Assembly: GCF_009914755.1 (NCBI RefSeq)
Contig: NC_060925.1
Length of the DNA: 64,000 nt
From: the human T2T-CHM13v2.0 reference genome, Homo sapiens
Strand: one strand, 5' to 3'
Part shown: positions 14,226-30,178 of the stretch, piece after piece
Layout: the number at the start of each line of letters is the position of its first letter
Position numbering within the stretch: position 1 is the first letter of the stretch
The notes under the pieces: model-generated
Told to the model about the DNA's origin: nothing
Database searches by the model: none
The model's input: the letters and a program-made list of their open reading frames with translations, nothing else
Position numbers and translations under genes: made by a program

Positions 14226-14959
14226 GTTACTTCATCTTGCCTGCGTTTAAGATAAGCTGTCTTTACAGGTATGAGTGTGTGTGGACGGGGTGCAGATTTA
14301 TGGTACTTCGGCCCCCGAAGAGCCAAGAATCCCATAAGCATAATTAACTGAGTTAAAAACATTATTAATTTTAATCACATATATTTTTATACAAATATAT
14401 TTCTCAATTGCAAGGGCTTTGCACATGTGTCGAAGAATAGTATAGTCAGTTGGACTACAGCAGAGTAAAATGTAAAGAAATATAAATACCTAGGCAAATA
14501 CAGCACCTTTACAATTAATCTATTTGTAATCACGGTTTCCTCCAGCCCCAATTTTCCTGTAGAATTTGCAACAAGCAATAGAAGGAAGGAAATCGAACTC
14601 AAGGATCCTTAACTCTTCTGGAGTCGGACCACTTCTAGGAGAGTTCTGAGACTTTAAGCCAGGTTGGCATTAAAAGGTTTCTGGGTTACAAGACTCAGCT
14701 ACTCTAATTAAGAGGGGACTTTATCATTCTCTTTGATTCCACCGCACTCATCTGCTTAGGCTTGCGTGAAATATACTTGGGCTTCTACGCAGCTCCTGAA
14801 CTTTGGTGTTTAAGTCCCCGTAGACTCTTGTGCTCTCAATCTCCACGTTGCTTCGCTACTAAACTGATTCCCTGAGGATTTTTAGCGTCTTTCCCTTCAA
14901 ACTTCAACTTTTCTCTTCAAGAAAAGATTATGGCCACACTATTAATCTAATTTTGGTGC

Positions 14960-15235
14960 TTTTTTTTTTTTTTTTTTTTGAGACGGAGTCTCGCCCTGTC
15001 GCCCAGGCTGGAGCGCAGGGGCGCGATCTCGGCTCACTGCAAGCTCCGCCTCCCGGGTTCACGTAGCTGGGACTGCAGGCGCCCACGACCACGCCCGGCT
15101 AATTTTTTGTATTTTTAGTGGAGACGGGGTTTCACCGTGTTAGCCAGGATGGTCTCGATCTTCTGACCTCGTGATCTGCCCGCCTCGGCCTCCCAAAGTG
15201 CTGGGATTAAAAGGAGTGAGCCACCGCGCCTCGCG
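14960..15235 (-). mobile_element. AluY, CpG-rich, with about 26-bp internal deletion
   Basis: AluY diagnostics GCAAGCTCCGCC, GGGTTCACG, CCGTGTTAGCCAGGATGG; T20 tail. Confidence 0.95.
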
Positions 15236-15344
15236 TTTTTTTTGTTGATTGTTGTTTGTTTGTTTGTTTTTTACCTAAAAGTTTATTTATCGTTAGCCCA
15301 GCTGCCTCTCTTGTTCATAACTCTTCGCCCCTTAAAACTAGAGG

Positions 15345-15688
<344 letters not shown>

Positions 15689-16600
15689 TCAACAGCCATT
15701 CCCTCATGCTTTTGGAAAGCCTTTACCGTGATGCTGTTTACACAGCCACCTCTATACTGAGGCATCTCTCTGAAAATAGAGACCATGTCTTCTTCAGTCA
15801 CCACAGCACTTACAACAGTGCTGGACACATAGCAGGTGCTCAAGAAGCTTTGCTGAATAAAGAAAGAAACAATGCTTAAGTGTGTTCATATACTTGCTGC
15901 CGTCTATAATAAGGGCATTTCCTTAACATAGAGTCAGACCTGCTACGCCAATCTAATTGTGTGTAAAATTTGACGAGGTCTAAAAAAGACATATAAATGG
16001 CTTCACTGTATGTATAGTTTAGTAGATGGTATTTAGATAAGCAGCACAGACTTTCTTTCTTAAAGGTTGTGTTAAATATTGAAACGGTTCTCAAGTGTGG
16101 CAAGAGAAGGTGCTAGCCTGTCTGTAGTCCTGAGTAAATCAAAATATACTTCACTATTTGTATGTCTGGATTATCTATCAAGGTCCATTCCATGTCTGTG
16201 ACCTAATATTGGATTGTGCATGTATAAATATTATAGCATACTGAAGAGTGGAATCACATACGGAGAAAAACTATTAACAAGATCTAGGCAGAAAATTAAT
16301 AAACCTTAATAAATATTTTAAAAATACAGTCCATCTGGGAAAAACATAAATTTTATTTTTATTCATTAGGGTGATCCACTCACTGACTCATTGTTCTAAC
16401 TTCCTTTACTAATTTGGAAAAATTAGTCACTCTAGGTGGTGATGTGAATGTTGCAACTAAAGATTTCTTACATTTTCAATTTGCATAATTTGTGAATTCT
16501 ACCTATAAATACTAGTAGTTTCCTCAAAGTTGGAAATTACATAATAACAAAAGAAAACTCAAACCAACTATTAGGGTAACGTGTAGAAATTTCTTTTAAA

Positions 16601-17182
<582 letters not shown>

Positions 17183-19039
17183 TACAATTCTTTCAAAGAT
17201 CTTAAACAGAAAGTTTTATTTGAAATGAATCCAAGAATAAGAGGCAACTTTTGGACTAAGTAGTGTCTTCCTTAACAACGTTTTATATCAACATCCACAC
17301 TTTTAGTAAAACGTTTACCTCTTCCCCTCATTTGCCCTCCCCAAAATAGACTTCACAGGAAAAAGAGTATTCTAGAAACACCCTGCCCTTTTCACACTTC
17401 CTAGGGGTTACTTTCTTTCTCTTCCTGCTATAATTTTATGCAAACAGGTAGTACTTATTCCAAGACAGAGGCGATAGCTTCCCATATACTTGTTTTTCCT
17501 TTGAACAGGTATTCCCCTTAACGTAGCCTTACTTGGGAGTGAGATGGGGTGGGGTAGGGTAGGTTCTAGTTAAAGCTCTTCCTATAAGTTTTGATGGTTG
17601 AAATATTTTTTCCTAAACGTTCTATCACAAAGATTCCAGAATATTCTTCTTGAAAACCGTACTAAAGCTATCCAATACTATTATTGCCTCTCAGAAGCAC
17701 TTACTATCCAGAATATCACTGTGGAAAGGAACAGAGAGAGAAAGGACAGAGAGGCAAGTTTCACAGAGCAAGTGAGGTACTCAGGAGGTTGGGTTTCTGG
17801 TAGAAAAAGGAACAGGTAGAAATTTTAGACACATCATTGTATTGTGTCTGAGCATTCGGTTCAATGTATAAGGCTGCTTGGTGCACGGTTATTTATCTCC
17901 ACTGAATCTAACAGAAGAAAGCTTTTTGGACTCCTTGCATGTGGAGTGGTAGTATTATGGAGTCTGCAGCAAAGGACTTGTTTACAAATCTTTTGAAGAT
18001 GCTGTGGGTTTGCAGTGAGCCGCATCGCATTTTTTCTCTGAGGGGCTTTAAAGATGTGCAGCTGAACTCCTGAGTGAATTTTTCAATGGTGACTGCCTTT
18101 CTCTGTGAGGAGAGACCGTATATGGCAGAGCCACAGTGTGAGTTACAGTCTCTGAAAAGTCCATTGCCAAGAGGCACCTTGCTCCAAATTCCCTGGATTC
18201 AGATTTTAGTGCAGAGAGGAATGCTGGAGAACGCATGAGTCATGATGTACTCTTAGTAATTTTGCTAGAACATCAGGAAAGAGGTGCTTGGTATTGCATA
18301 CTGCTTGCATCTGGATGGAATTAGAGCTTTTAGCTTTTCCTCAAGAAGGGCTTATTAATAGCAGAGGACTGAAGTAATAAGTGTGTTCCATGTATAGCAC
18401 TTGAGGAAATGAGCAATGCCAGAGAAGGTTTATCAGGACTCACTGTTAGTTCTTTCTCTACCCCTGGGGAAGCAGATCTATTGATCAGATTCTTGCAGAA
18501 AAACAGCCTGTAATGGGTTTACTGTGCTGAGATATCATAGACCAGGAGTGTCTTTTATGATAGCCCAGAAACTATCCTGCCAGAAAGACTTGAAGGGCTG
18601 CTGACCTGCGTGGCAAAAGGAAGGCTGTGTAACACACAGGGAAAGTAAAAGATGTCAGGGTTGATTTCTGGTTTAAATTCTCTTAGCCTGGTAAGTTAAA
18701 ATCACTGGCTTTGGATACATCTTACTCAAAATCATTTCATTTCAAACATAAGGGGTCATTGATGAAAATCACCTTAAAGGTTAACCACCTTTTCTTCCCC
18801 ATCCCCACCAGTAAATCTACAGCACTGTGAAATAGATCAGAAATTAAAACCCCTTTGTGCAGCTATGAAATTGGAAATGAACTACGCAAGTGCTTAAAGA
18901 TAGCAGTAACTCAATAACAAGCTAAGCGGGCACAACATAAGCCACACTATGTTTGTATATGTGCGTAGAAGCTATAACATTTTGGTTTTTCCTTGACTGA
19001 ACCCATGCATATGGAAACACACAAGTGGATATAAATCCA

Positions 19040-19505
19040 GAAAATAAATGTGTTGGCTCATATAATTGAAAAGCTCAGGGAGCTAGCTTCAGGCTGAGCT
19101 GGATCTAGCAACTTGATGTTATCAGGATTCTCTTTCTCCATCTTTCAGCTCCGCCTTACTCTGTACTGGCTACATTCTCAGGAAGGTCTCCCCATAATGG
19201 TTTCTAGCAGTTACAGGTTTACATTCTTAACTTGGTAAGAATGTAAAAGAAACCAAGTTTATCTCTTTCAGTAATTTCAGCCACAGTCCTGGAACTAAAT
19301 TTCATTAGCCTAGCTTGGGGTTAGGGCCCATCCCTGAACCAATTATTGCAGCCATGGGTGATGGAATGTGCCTGGTTGATCTGGTCTGAATTGTGCACTT
19401 CCCTTGCCCCCGCCCCAGCCCTCCCCAGGCTAAATGGACTGAGAGTGGGTGAGAGGGGCTTTTTTCAAAGGAGATCAGTGTACTGTTATCAGAAGAGGGA
19501 AGCAA
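19040..19505 (-). mobile_element. MLT1J/K-like old MaLR LTR
   Basis: TTGGCTCATATAATTGAAAAG...CTTCAGGCTGAGCTGGATC...CATCCCTGAACCAATTATTG. Confidence 0.65.
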
Positions 19506-20783
19506 CAGGTTTACACTTCAATTGGTCAATATTTGGGGTATATTTAGGGACATGAAACTCTTTTTTTTTTTTTGAGATAGTACTTTACACCCAAATATAA
19601 GCAGCCCCCAGAAGAAGCTATATATTTATTCAAATCATGTTGTCTTTGGCTCAACATATTTTTGGAAGTCCTTTTTTGAATTGCCTCCTGAGTCAGTTTA
19701 AAAACAATAAAATAAAATTTTGTCTTGTTGGTGTGTACAATTATATAACATTTTACCATGAAATACCCAACCATATTAAATAGATTAGGATTCTTTCCCA
19801 CTGTTTGAGAATAAATATGCAAAATAATGTGAAAGAAAATTCCAAGAATGGAATTTTTAAAATGACACGAATAGAAGAATTGTTGGATTAAAATAGACCC
19901 TACTTTGAGAGGGACAATACTCATTTGCATAGATAAGCTATCTTAACATGTGGTCCCTGCCCTTAAAGAAAGCTTAGCTTTACTGTGGTGCTAACTGTGA
20001 GTGCCAAGGGAGCCAGAACTTTGATGAACTTCTTTCTGAGATTGAATTTCTTCCTGTGTATTTGGAAGATGGAATGGTTAAATATCAAGGAGCAACTTGT
20101 ATACCAGCAGAAGCATCGAAAGCAGTGTGCTCCCCCATCCTCAATAATGCCAAGATTTGGAGAAGGGTGCTCCTGAGCAGATGGTTTGACAGACTAAAGC
20201 ATTAGTTTGCTGAGCCTCCGTGCTTGATAATTAATTCTTCAGTTTACTAGGATTTAAAATGATTGTTCAAAACAAGACATCCCTTAAAATAAATGCTAGG
20301 TGAAAGTCTCAACACGGTATTGATTATTAAGGTGGTTATTTCAAACAGATGAGGGTTGTCATTAAATAACAGAATTGCCTTACCTGCTCTGTTGGTTTAA
20401 TTAAGCTGTTTTCAATTTGTAAAAAAAGATTATCTACAGTTTTAATATTTGTATTCACCTGGATTGTATTTTTTCAATTTTCTAGTTAAAGCAATAAATG
20501 GAATTCTATGGTAGATTTCATTTTACAATTCAGATAAATAATGTAGTTAACATTTATTATCGGGAAAGCAGACTTTGCAGGACTGTGGCTTGAATAGCCT
20601 GAGTATTAAGAATTAAAAGTTGTAAATTCTAGTTTTGACACAGCTGCTTTCTACGTTACCACATATCGCCTGATTTCTGTGTATTCCTTTACCCCTGGAA
20701 AGAATGAGAACTGAATACTGACCTGTCTCACATAGTGCAATGAAACTTAACAATCTATTATGAAGGATATTGAGATCATGTGA

Positions 20784-21197
<414 letters not shown>

Positions 21198-21491
21198 TGA
21201 TATTGAAACTGAGTGTGTGCAAATATGAGCCCTGCAACTATTTATTTAGAGCAGTTGAAGGAATCTCAAGAGCATTTTTGTAATAAGACAGGCTCTCCGC
21301 ACATATATTATTCCCTTAGAAAAACGAGCACGTTTTGAAAGATTTAATAATTTGCACAGGTTGCTAGGTCATTGTTATCATTTGAAAAAGAAGCACCATC
21401 ATCTAAAGGCCTGAGAGCTGAAAGAATTCAGGACACAATCAATTTTTAAAAAATAGCATCAGACGCACATCATAAAAATAGGTTAGTGTGC

Positions 21492-22070
<579 letters not shown>

Positions 22071-22842
22071 ATTATCATAGGGAGAAAATAGGTTAGTAGG
22101 TATAAATGAAGTTGAGATACATCATCTCCTTCTCTTCCTACTCCATTTTTCATTGTCATGAGCATTTCCCTTTGGGAGGGATCTTTAGAGGACATTTGTA
22201 AAAGCAGTTGCTTGTGCTCTCTTAATCTGGGAAAGTGGGAGTGGGAATCTCGTGAGACTATCAAAGTCCTAATTGGAGCTAGGGAGGAGAATCTTTATTA
22301 CTCTTTATTAAAGAAAATGGATATAATGTTTATAATTTTAATAAAGCTTGTGTTCTAGTAACTTACGAAAACTATTAGAAAGTTGGGTTATCCATAAGCA
22401 ACTAGCAAGCCACATGCTATTATCATGTTCTAAAACACTAAATTTGCCTCTCAACTATTCAACACTTTTTTTTAATGTTCACTGTATACTGAATAAGAAA
22501 AAACCCTGATGCTTTAGAGTTTTATTGTACAGGATTATTAAAACTTATTAAAGAGGCTTTTCATTGGGTTCTTTTTATTTTGAAATTTTGTTACTGCGAC
22601 TGGGCATGTTTGATGCTGTTTGCTTAAGTCTCAAGCTCTGACCTGCCTTGTTTGATCACCTGCTGAACTGAATGTCTTGCATGTACCTCATACTTCACCT
22701 GGCCAAAAGAGAATTCTTCATCTTCTTCTCAAACATGTTCTTTACCCAAGATTTCTCTTTCTCAAAATAACATCACCATCCACCCTGTTGCCCAAATCAG
22801 AAACCTAGAAATTATTCTTGATACCAGTATCTCTCAACCCTA

Positions 22843-23470
22843 CTACATCAGCCAGAGTTCTATCAGAGAACAGAACCGCCAAAAGATTTGTGTGTGTGTA
22901 TTTTACATATATATTAATTTATTGATAGATTTAAGTAGAAAGCACACACGTACATACACACATGTTAAAGGACTTGTTACAGGGACTTGATCTTACATAG
23001 TGTTATGGTTATGCTTCTCTGAAAGGCTATTCTCTTTGCATTTGATGTTGGAACTTAAAGTCCTCTAAATGGGCAGTCAAAAGGGAAAGGTAGATGTAAA
23101 GAGGACAACAAAAATAGCCTGGGACCCATAAACGTGAGCTGGAGCCCCCTCGGACAGAGTGAGACCCGGGTCAGGTCTTGTTGCCTCTGACCGTGGTAGT
23201 GTGAGCTAGAGAGTGGACACCCACAGCTGGATCAGCAGTGGGAGAAGCCACAGGAGGGTCCAGGAGAGGATGGAGCAGTAGCAGGCCCGGCCACTACTTC
23301 CACCAATGAAGTGTGTGTGAGTTACAAGACGGCTGTTGCTTCACTTCCATCCTCCAAGTCTCCCACCAGAATCTCTCTCATGGGCCACCTTCACGGGAAA
23401 TATACACAGAAGGGAATTCCAGGACAGGTTGTTCAGCTCAGCCAAGTTGACACATTACAAGGCCACCACA
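22843..23470 (-). mobile_element. MLT2-family ERVL LTR (old)
   Basis: CAGAGTTCTATCAGAGAACAGAACC start and AGCCAAGTTGACACATTACAAGGCCACCACA end. Confidence 0.65.
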
Positions 23471-25037
23471 CCTACATTGAACCAGTCACCAAGTCCTGAT
23501 CATTCAGCCCCTTCATCTCCCCATTTCATTCACTTCCCTTACCTCCACTGCCACCACAGATTACCTAAGTTATTCCAATGGCCGTCTAACTCACCTCCCT
23601 GCCTCACCTCTAACTGATACAAAAGCTAGTTGATCATTAAAAATAAAATCAGATTCCCTGATTAAAAGCCCTCACTGGCCCTTAGAATAAAATGCCAAGT
23701 CAATAGCATGACCCAAACACCCCCAGTGGGTTGACTACTGCCCTCTCTCCCACCTCGTCACCTGCCACTCACCTTTGGACACTCTAAGCTCCACAGAGCT
23801 TATTTTTTTTATATGAATGTACCAAGCTTTCTCTTACCTTAATGGTTTTACATGTGCTGCTTCTTTTCTGCTGACATCTTTCTTTGTTTTTTCCCCTTTT
23901 CTTCTTTTGTCAAAACTTTTCTGTGGAGCCCTGCTCCTCACTTAGGTCTCATGTGAATATCTGTAGGTTACAACAGCCTTCTCCAATTGTGCTGTTGCCT
24001 CCCACATACCCTCTTTTGCCCGTAACATAACACCCACCACATTGTGTTATTGAATGCCAATTGTCCCTGCCACACTGTAGCTCTGGGAAAGCAAGGACTG
24101 TGCCTGTCTTGTTCATAGTTGCATCCTCAAAGCCTCGTGCATGTAAGTGTCCAGTAAGTATTTGCTCAATAAGGGAAGGAATTAAGGCTACTAGGAATTA
24201 CTAAACAAAGCCCTGCCTTCCCATTCCAGCTGGAAGCGTATCAGAGGCTGGAGCTGGAGGCAATATCAGACTAACTACAAGTTTTTGAAAGTTTACGATG
24301 TACATGATGATTGCTTTCATGGGAGTTTGTAGAAGGCACTGCCTGGGAAACAGTGTTACTGGGGGAAAGGTGTTACCGAGGGAAGAGTGTGTGAGCTGAA
24401 ACTTGAAAAATGAATTTATCAGGGGGACAAGAGGGTGGATTGAGGCCGAAGGAAGGGTGCGTAGAGTCAGGCATGTGAGAGAGCACAGCATAGGCTAGAG
24501 TTCACCTGGGCTGGAGTGTAGGCAGAAGCCTTGGGCCAGGGAGAAAAGCCAGGGCCAGATGGTATGACATGCTCAGGACTCGAGATATTTGTCCTGTAAG
24601 GGAGGAGAAGTTTTAAGGAATTGTAAGGCAGGAACGAACCCCATGTTTGTATTTTGGAGACTCATTTACAGCCACATAGGAGATGAATTGGAAGAGGTGA
24701 GCAATGTTGGGCTCCTTAGAGGTTTAAGCAATAGAAACTTGCTTAATTCATGGGGGATGATTGAAAGGATTCATGAGGAGAGTAGGGAAGACATCTAACC
24801 ATGTCTATCACTGCACAGCTAGACCTCATAAAAACAGGAATGACGTTGTTCCCGTTTTTCTTATTTAGACAGCTCTGGCCCCTGTGCTGTCCTATTGCCC
24901 ATTCAGCTTTGGGCAGTCCCTGGTGCCTCCTCATGCAGAGATGCAACTGCTTTTTGCAGCTTCTTTTTGTGTCTTAGCTCTCCAAGAGGGAGGATTTGGT
25001 TGGCAGCCACTTTTAATCCAGTGCAGAGCACCCCCAC

Positions 25038-25399
25038 TGTATTAGTCTATTCTCATGTTGCTAATAAAGACATACCCAAGACTGGGTAATTTATAAAGGA
25101 AAGAGGTTTAATTGACTCACAGTTCCACATGGCTGGAGGCCTCACAATCATGGCTGAAGGAGAATGAGGTACAAGGTCACGTCTTACATGGCAGCAGGCA
25201 ACAGAGCTTGTGTAGGGGAACTCCCCTTTATAAAACCATCAGATCTCGTGAGACGTATTCACTATCATGAGAACAGCACAGGAAAGACCCACCCCCATGA
25301 TTCAATTACCTCCCGCTAGGCCCCTCCCACAACACATAGGAATTATGGGAGCTACAATTCAAGATGAGATTTGGGTGGGGACACAGCCAAATCACTTCA
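25038..25399 (-). mobile_element. THE1 (THE1C-like) solo LTR
   Basis: Full LTR TGTATTAGTC...GATGAGATTTGGGTGGGGACACAGCCAAA...CA with perfect 5-bp TSD CCCAC (25033-25037, 25400-25404). Confidence 0.95.
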
Positions 25400-26719
25400 C
25401 CCACCCCTACCCACTTTTGGGCAGGTCTCTGACGCTGGATCTCCTCCTAGGTCTGTGATCCATCAGCTACCACTGGGGCAGATTCTTTCATCAGCTGTGG
25501 CCAGGTGTGGGGCTTGTGGTAACATACAACAATTTGGCTTAAGAATGCCCTAGGAGGAGGGTAGTGGGTATGGCAGGCACTTTGAAGCTTCCCAAAGACA
25601 GTGGAGCTGAAAGACCCTCCACCTGGCCTATGTGGCTCAGGGGCTTAGGCCAGGGGCAGGAGACTAATTGGAAGACTTTTGCACCAGTGAGAGGTGGCAA
25701 GGACCAGAACTGACAGCAGCAATGTGTGTGAAGAAGAAGGGGTGAATTAAAGCATATATTGAAAAGGTAGAATTGGCAAAACTGAGGGACTTGATTGATT
25801 GGCTTTGGGACCTGAGAAAGGATGACTCCTAGGTAGGAACAGGCTGATGTGATCTAGTAATATTTAGTGAGTTAGGAAGCATTGGGAAATAAGCAATAAT
25901 TTATTACGGGAGAAGAGGATGTTTCACTTCAGATATGTTTGTTTTCTGGTATCTATAGAACCCCCAGGTTGATCAGCCTAATAGGCAGTTGATTAACGGG
26001 CCTGGAGGAGATCTGGGTTGGCTGTCCAGTCCTCAGCATTCAGGAGAAAGTTCAAAGCAAGAGAATGGATGGATCCCCTAAAGAGAATATGCAGGAAAAA
26101 AAAAAACAAAAACAATCCAGGGAGCAAGCCACAGTGGGCAATCCAATGGAGACTGAGATGAAGTAACCGGGCAGTTATACCTGAGAAAAATATGAAACAG
26201 TTATAACACTAATATTTTAGACATTGATGAGGCAATTTATCAATTAGTCTCTGAATGTATTTAAAAATTAGCACATTTGTGTCTTGGATTTTCCTCTGCT
26301 GCTTCGTGTGATGTTTGGACATATGTCTGAAAACTTCTAACTGTGTCAGATATTTGCATCACCTTGATCTTCCCTTTAGTCTCTAAAAGATGTAATGTGC
26401 AAGTGTGGCAAATGGAAACAGAACAAAAGATTAAATTTAAGGAATTTTTATCTGTTCATTTTTTCCCACATATACCATCATTTGCTATACAATCAAGGCC
26501 TTAAATTTACTACCCTTTATAAAGTGGTACCTAATTAGATCTACGCTTACCACTTCCATGTCAAAGAATGTCCCATATTTTCAGATGAGCAATATCTTTC
26601 TTAAGGTAAATCAGGTGAAGTACTCTAATATAATTCAGTAATGTCTTTTGTTTTCATGTCCAATATACTTCTTGATGTTTTTAGCGGCTTACGGAGCTAC
26701 AGCAAAAGACTCCCAGACT

Positions 26720-27025
26720 GCTGTTTTTCAAATTGCAAATTGTGACTAATTAGTGGGCTGTAAAATCAACTTAGTTGGCCATATCAGTCTTTAAAACAAA
26801 TTAAATGAAATAGAAGAGAAAATAATGCAGTGTATCACGTATAGAAAGAGGAAGTTTGCTTTGTAAAAATTTTGTTTCAGTTGAGTATGGTGTGCCTGTG
26901 TTTGTACAAGTACCTGTGCATGAAGATGTGTATATGCATGTATACGAGTACAGGGTCGAGATATTAAATTTATTTCTTACAGTAGATCGTGGTTAAAAAA
27001 AAAGTTTCAACTTTGAGAAACACTG
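26720..27025. mobile_element. hAT-Charlie-type MITE
   Basis: Terminal inverted repeats CTGTTTTTCAAA ... TTTGAGAAACACTG; internal ATTAGTGGG...AAATCAA. Confidence 0.6.
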
Positions 27026-28355
27026 GCCTGACCACTTTTGGATTGATACATGCCAACCTAGATCCCATCACACTGTGAAATCTTTTTTTCACCTTGGTAA
27101 CCCCAGAATTTAGCACAGTGCCTTCCATGGGGTAGACATGCAGCAAATGATGGTCAAGTAAATGATTGAATGAATGTATGAGCCTTAGTATGGTATGGGT
27201 TAATTTTCCCTGAACTCATTATCCTACATTTGCTGATGTTCAGGATAGGCTGTAATACGGGGAGAAAATAAGGACAAGAAATCAACTCAGTCCCTCCAGG
27301 AGCTTTAAAAAAGGAAACCTGATTTAGACAGAAACAATTATTATGCATTTCAGCCACTCTACTGGGCAGAGAATGCCTAAAACACGAAATGAAATGGCTA
27401 TGTATAGCACGTTTATAAAGTTCTGAATATTATCACACAGCCACAATCTTGTTCATTCCACTTAGGAAACACATCAGTTGTTTTAAAAAATTCTTTGTTC
27501 TGTTGAGAAACAATTTATCATGATTCTTGTGCTTCTGTATAAAATGGCCCAGCCTAGTAAATATCTGATGATGGGTATGAAAAACAAAGATGATATTTTC
27601 ATACATTTTTTTCTCTTTCCTAAGGAACAAAACTGCAGAGCTTGTATTTCTCAGACACCTAGGTCATGAGACTTTATCCAGTGACACCTTCCCAGTGGGA
27701 GCTGTTCTCTCTAAAATGAGCTAAGTTTAGTCGGGTTCTCAGATGGAACTTGAATGCAGAGAAACTCACAGCTAATAGAAATAGAAAACCGCAGATGAAT
27801 TCCACACCGCTGGCAAAGAGCAACTGAAATCACCAGTGCAACATCCTGAGAAATTGAACTTGCCACCTCCTTACACCTGGGGGAAAATGTCAAATGTCCT
27901 CTGTTACAATATCTGAACAGCTTGTGCAATTTTATCAATAGAGAACAGTCTGCAATCGGTTTTTTTCTAGTTTCCTTTCTGTTAGCTATTTAAGTGAATT
28001 CATTGTGTGATGGTGAGTAACCAGAATTAAGTGATGAAAGTATCAAACTGTTTTTCATCAAAACTCTCACTGATGGCAGAGACTCTCAAAATTTGAAGTC
28101 ATCCATAGCTTTACAAATAGCTGCTCACATACTCTAATTGAAAAGTGTTATTTTGTGTTAGAAAAATAGTAAATAATTTTGTTTAAATATGTTTATGTGA
28201 TCATAGTATTTTCAGGTTGAAAGGACTTCCCAACTACTACCGAATATTAGCCCAACAACAGGTGCTGGCCTCAGAGGAAGTTTTTCAGGTTCACAATAAA
28301 ACAAGAACTCTAAGAACAATGTAGTCAGTTCTTCAATAAAAACTAAATTATTATA

Positions 28356-28708
28356 CAGATGCTCCTTGACGTATGATGGGGTATACACTGATGATAAACC
28401 CATCATAAGTTGAAAATATTGTAAGTTGGAAATGCATTTAATACACCTAGCCTACCAAAGATCATGGCTTAGCTTAGCCTACTTTAAACATGCTCAGAAG
28501 ACTTACATTAGCATATGGTTGGGCAAAATCATCTAACACAAAGCCTACTTAATGACAATGTTGAGTAACTCATGTGATTTATTGAATACTATACTGACTA
28601 TGAAAAAAAGAATGGTTGTATGGGTACTCGAAGTATGGTTTCTACCAAACGGCGTATCACTGTCACACCATTGTGAAGTGGAACCATTGTTAAATCAGGG
28701 ACTATCTG
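28356..28708 (+). mobile_element. MER47A (TcMar-Tigger) MITE
   Basis: TA-CAGATGCTCC...GGGACTATCTG-TA; internal TTGGGCAAAATCATCTAACACAAAGCC and GGTTGTATGGGTACTCGAAGTA. Confidence 0.9.
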
Positions 28709-29489
28709 TATTTGGAGGATTGTTGTTTATCCTGTGATTATACCTATTCCACTTTTTCAGTGTTAAAATACCCTCTGCATTTTTTAAAATGAAACGATGG
28801 TGATAGCTGATGATTTTTTTTTTAACTTGCGGGAAAAGGTTGACAAGCCTAAAATGGTAACTACTGATCTAGCCCAAACCTTGATCTAGTATTTGAACCC
28901 CCTCCTCCATTCTTCTGTGGTAAGTTCATTTAGTCTTTGCCAGAAACAAGGAATGGGCCATCTCCTGAAGAGCATGCCTCTGAAGAGAACACTCTCAGAA
29001 TGCTCTTTAATGTCTCTTAGAACATTCAAGTACTCAAATGCTCTTCACTGAGGATGTATCTCTCTAGAAATCTCCCTAATGGTCCTATTATAAATTTGGT
29101 ACCTGAGAGGAGGTAATTAACCAGAAAATATGCAGAACTGTTTCACTTTTTGGTAAGCTTTTTTCAGATATATTCTAGATTATTTTAATGATCCTCTTTA
29201 CCGTATATGCATTAGAAAGAATATTGTTAAAATGAAAAGATCCTTGTTGAATCAAATTACTTCCTTCCCCTTCTAATGATTTTTCAGTTTTGAACAATTC
29301 ATCCAGTGGAATGAAATCCCAGCAGGAGAAAATTGAAGTGTATTTTGAATTTATTATAATAGTATTAACTGGTGCTTGGGAAAATAGGTTGACAATAATT
29401 TAAAGTGGCCATCCTCTGAACTGTGATCCTTAATCCTGACAGCTTGTACCATTTCATAGCCACTGTGTTAAATTATTATCATAGTTACT

Positions 29490-29705
29490 AATCCCTTGCT
29501 TTGTAGAGTATTTTAGTTTACAAAGCTGGTTCATATTATGGTCTCACTTAATCCTGATAATAATCCTGTGATGTAGTCAGGAGAGGGATTTTACCTTTAT
29601 TTTATAGGTGGTAAACTAGAGCTCAAAAATAGCCAGTCACTTGCCTGTGCTCCAGCAACGTAGCAGGGCCAGGGTTCAGTCCCAGGTCCCCTGATTCCAA
29701 ATTCC
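29490..29705 (-). mobile_element. MIR SINE
   Basis: CACTTAATCCT...AATCCTGTGA...TTTTATAGGTGGTAAACTAGAGCTCA...CAGGGCCAGGGTTCAGTCCCAGG. Confidence 0.7.
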
Positions 29706-30106
29706 TAGCTTTCCCACCAAACCTGAAAAACCTCTCTCCAGGTACAAGGATAAATACTTCTCCTCTTATCTTCAGGTTTGCTAATATCTGATGTTAAATC
29801 CACGAAAGAGAAGGTACATCAAAGAATACATGATCAATGATAAATCTCTGGTAAACAGACTTTCAGGTCAATTTGTTCTATCTAAATAGAGCCAAGCAAA
29901 TAATAAGATCAGCCCTCTACTGTTCTGTGTACACTTGAGCCCACAGTAAATATTGTTGACAGGCTGCTGTGACTAAGTTAGCACACAAAACTTGTAACTA
30001 TAAAGACATGATACTTCTGACTTGGTACAAACCCACAAAAGAATCTCAGTAAAAATTCTGGAGATATATATATATGTTTATACATTTATATTTGCATCTG
30101 TGTGTA

Positions 30107-30145
<39 letters not shown>

Positions 30146-30178
30146 ATCTATCTATCTATCTATCTATCTACCTACCTA
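30107..30178. repeat. (ATCT)n STR with an ATC interruption and (ACCT)2
   Basis: Read directly from the sequence. Confidence 0.95.

Larger units (their letters stand above)
22660..26150. mobile_element. Cluster of L2 LINE relics, interrupted by MLT2 and THE1 LTRs
   Basis: L2-like motifs (CCATCCACCCTGTTGCCCAA, GGACTGTGCCTGTCTTGTTCA, GATGACTCCTAGGT); boundaries and orientations approximate. Confidence 0.55.

Noticed and set aside
29760-29860. Possible plus-strand coding exon after TCTCCTCTTATCTTCAG
   Set aside because: Nearby donors are weak, frames are short or stopped, and no protein is recognisable
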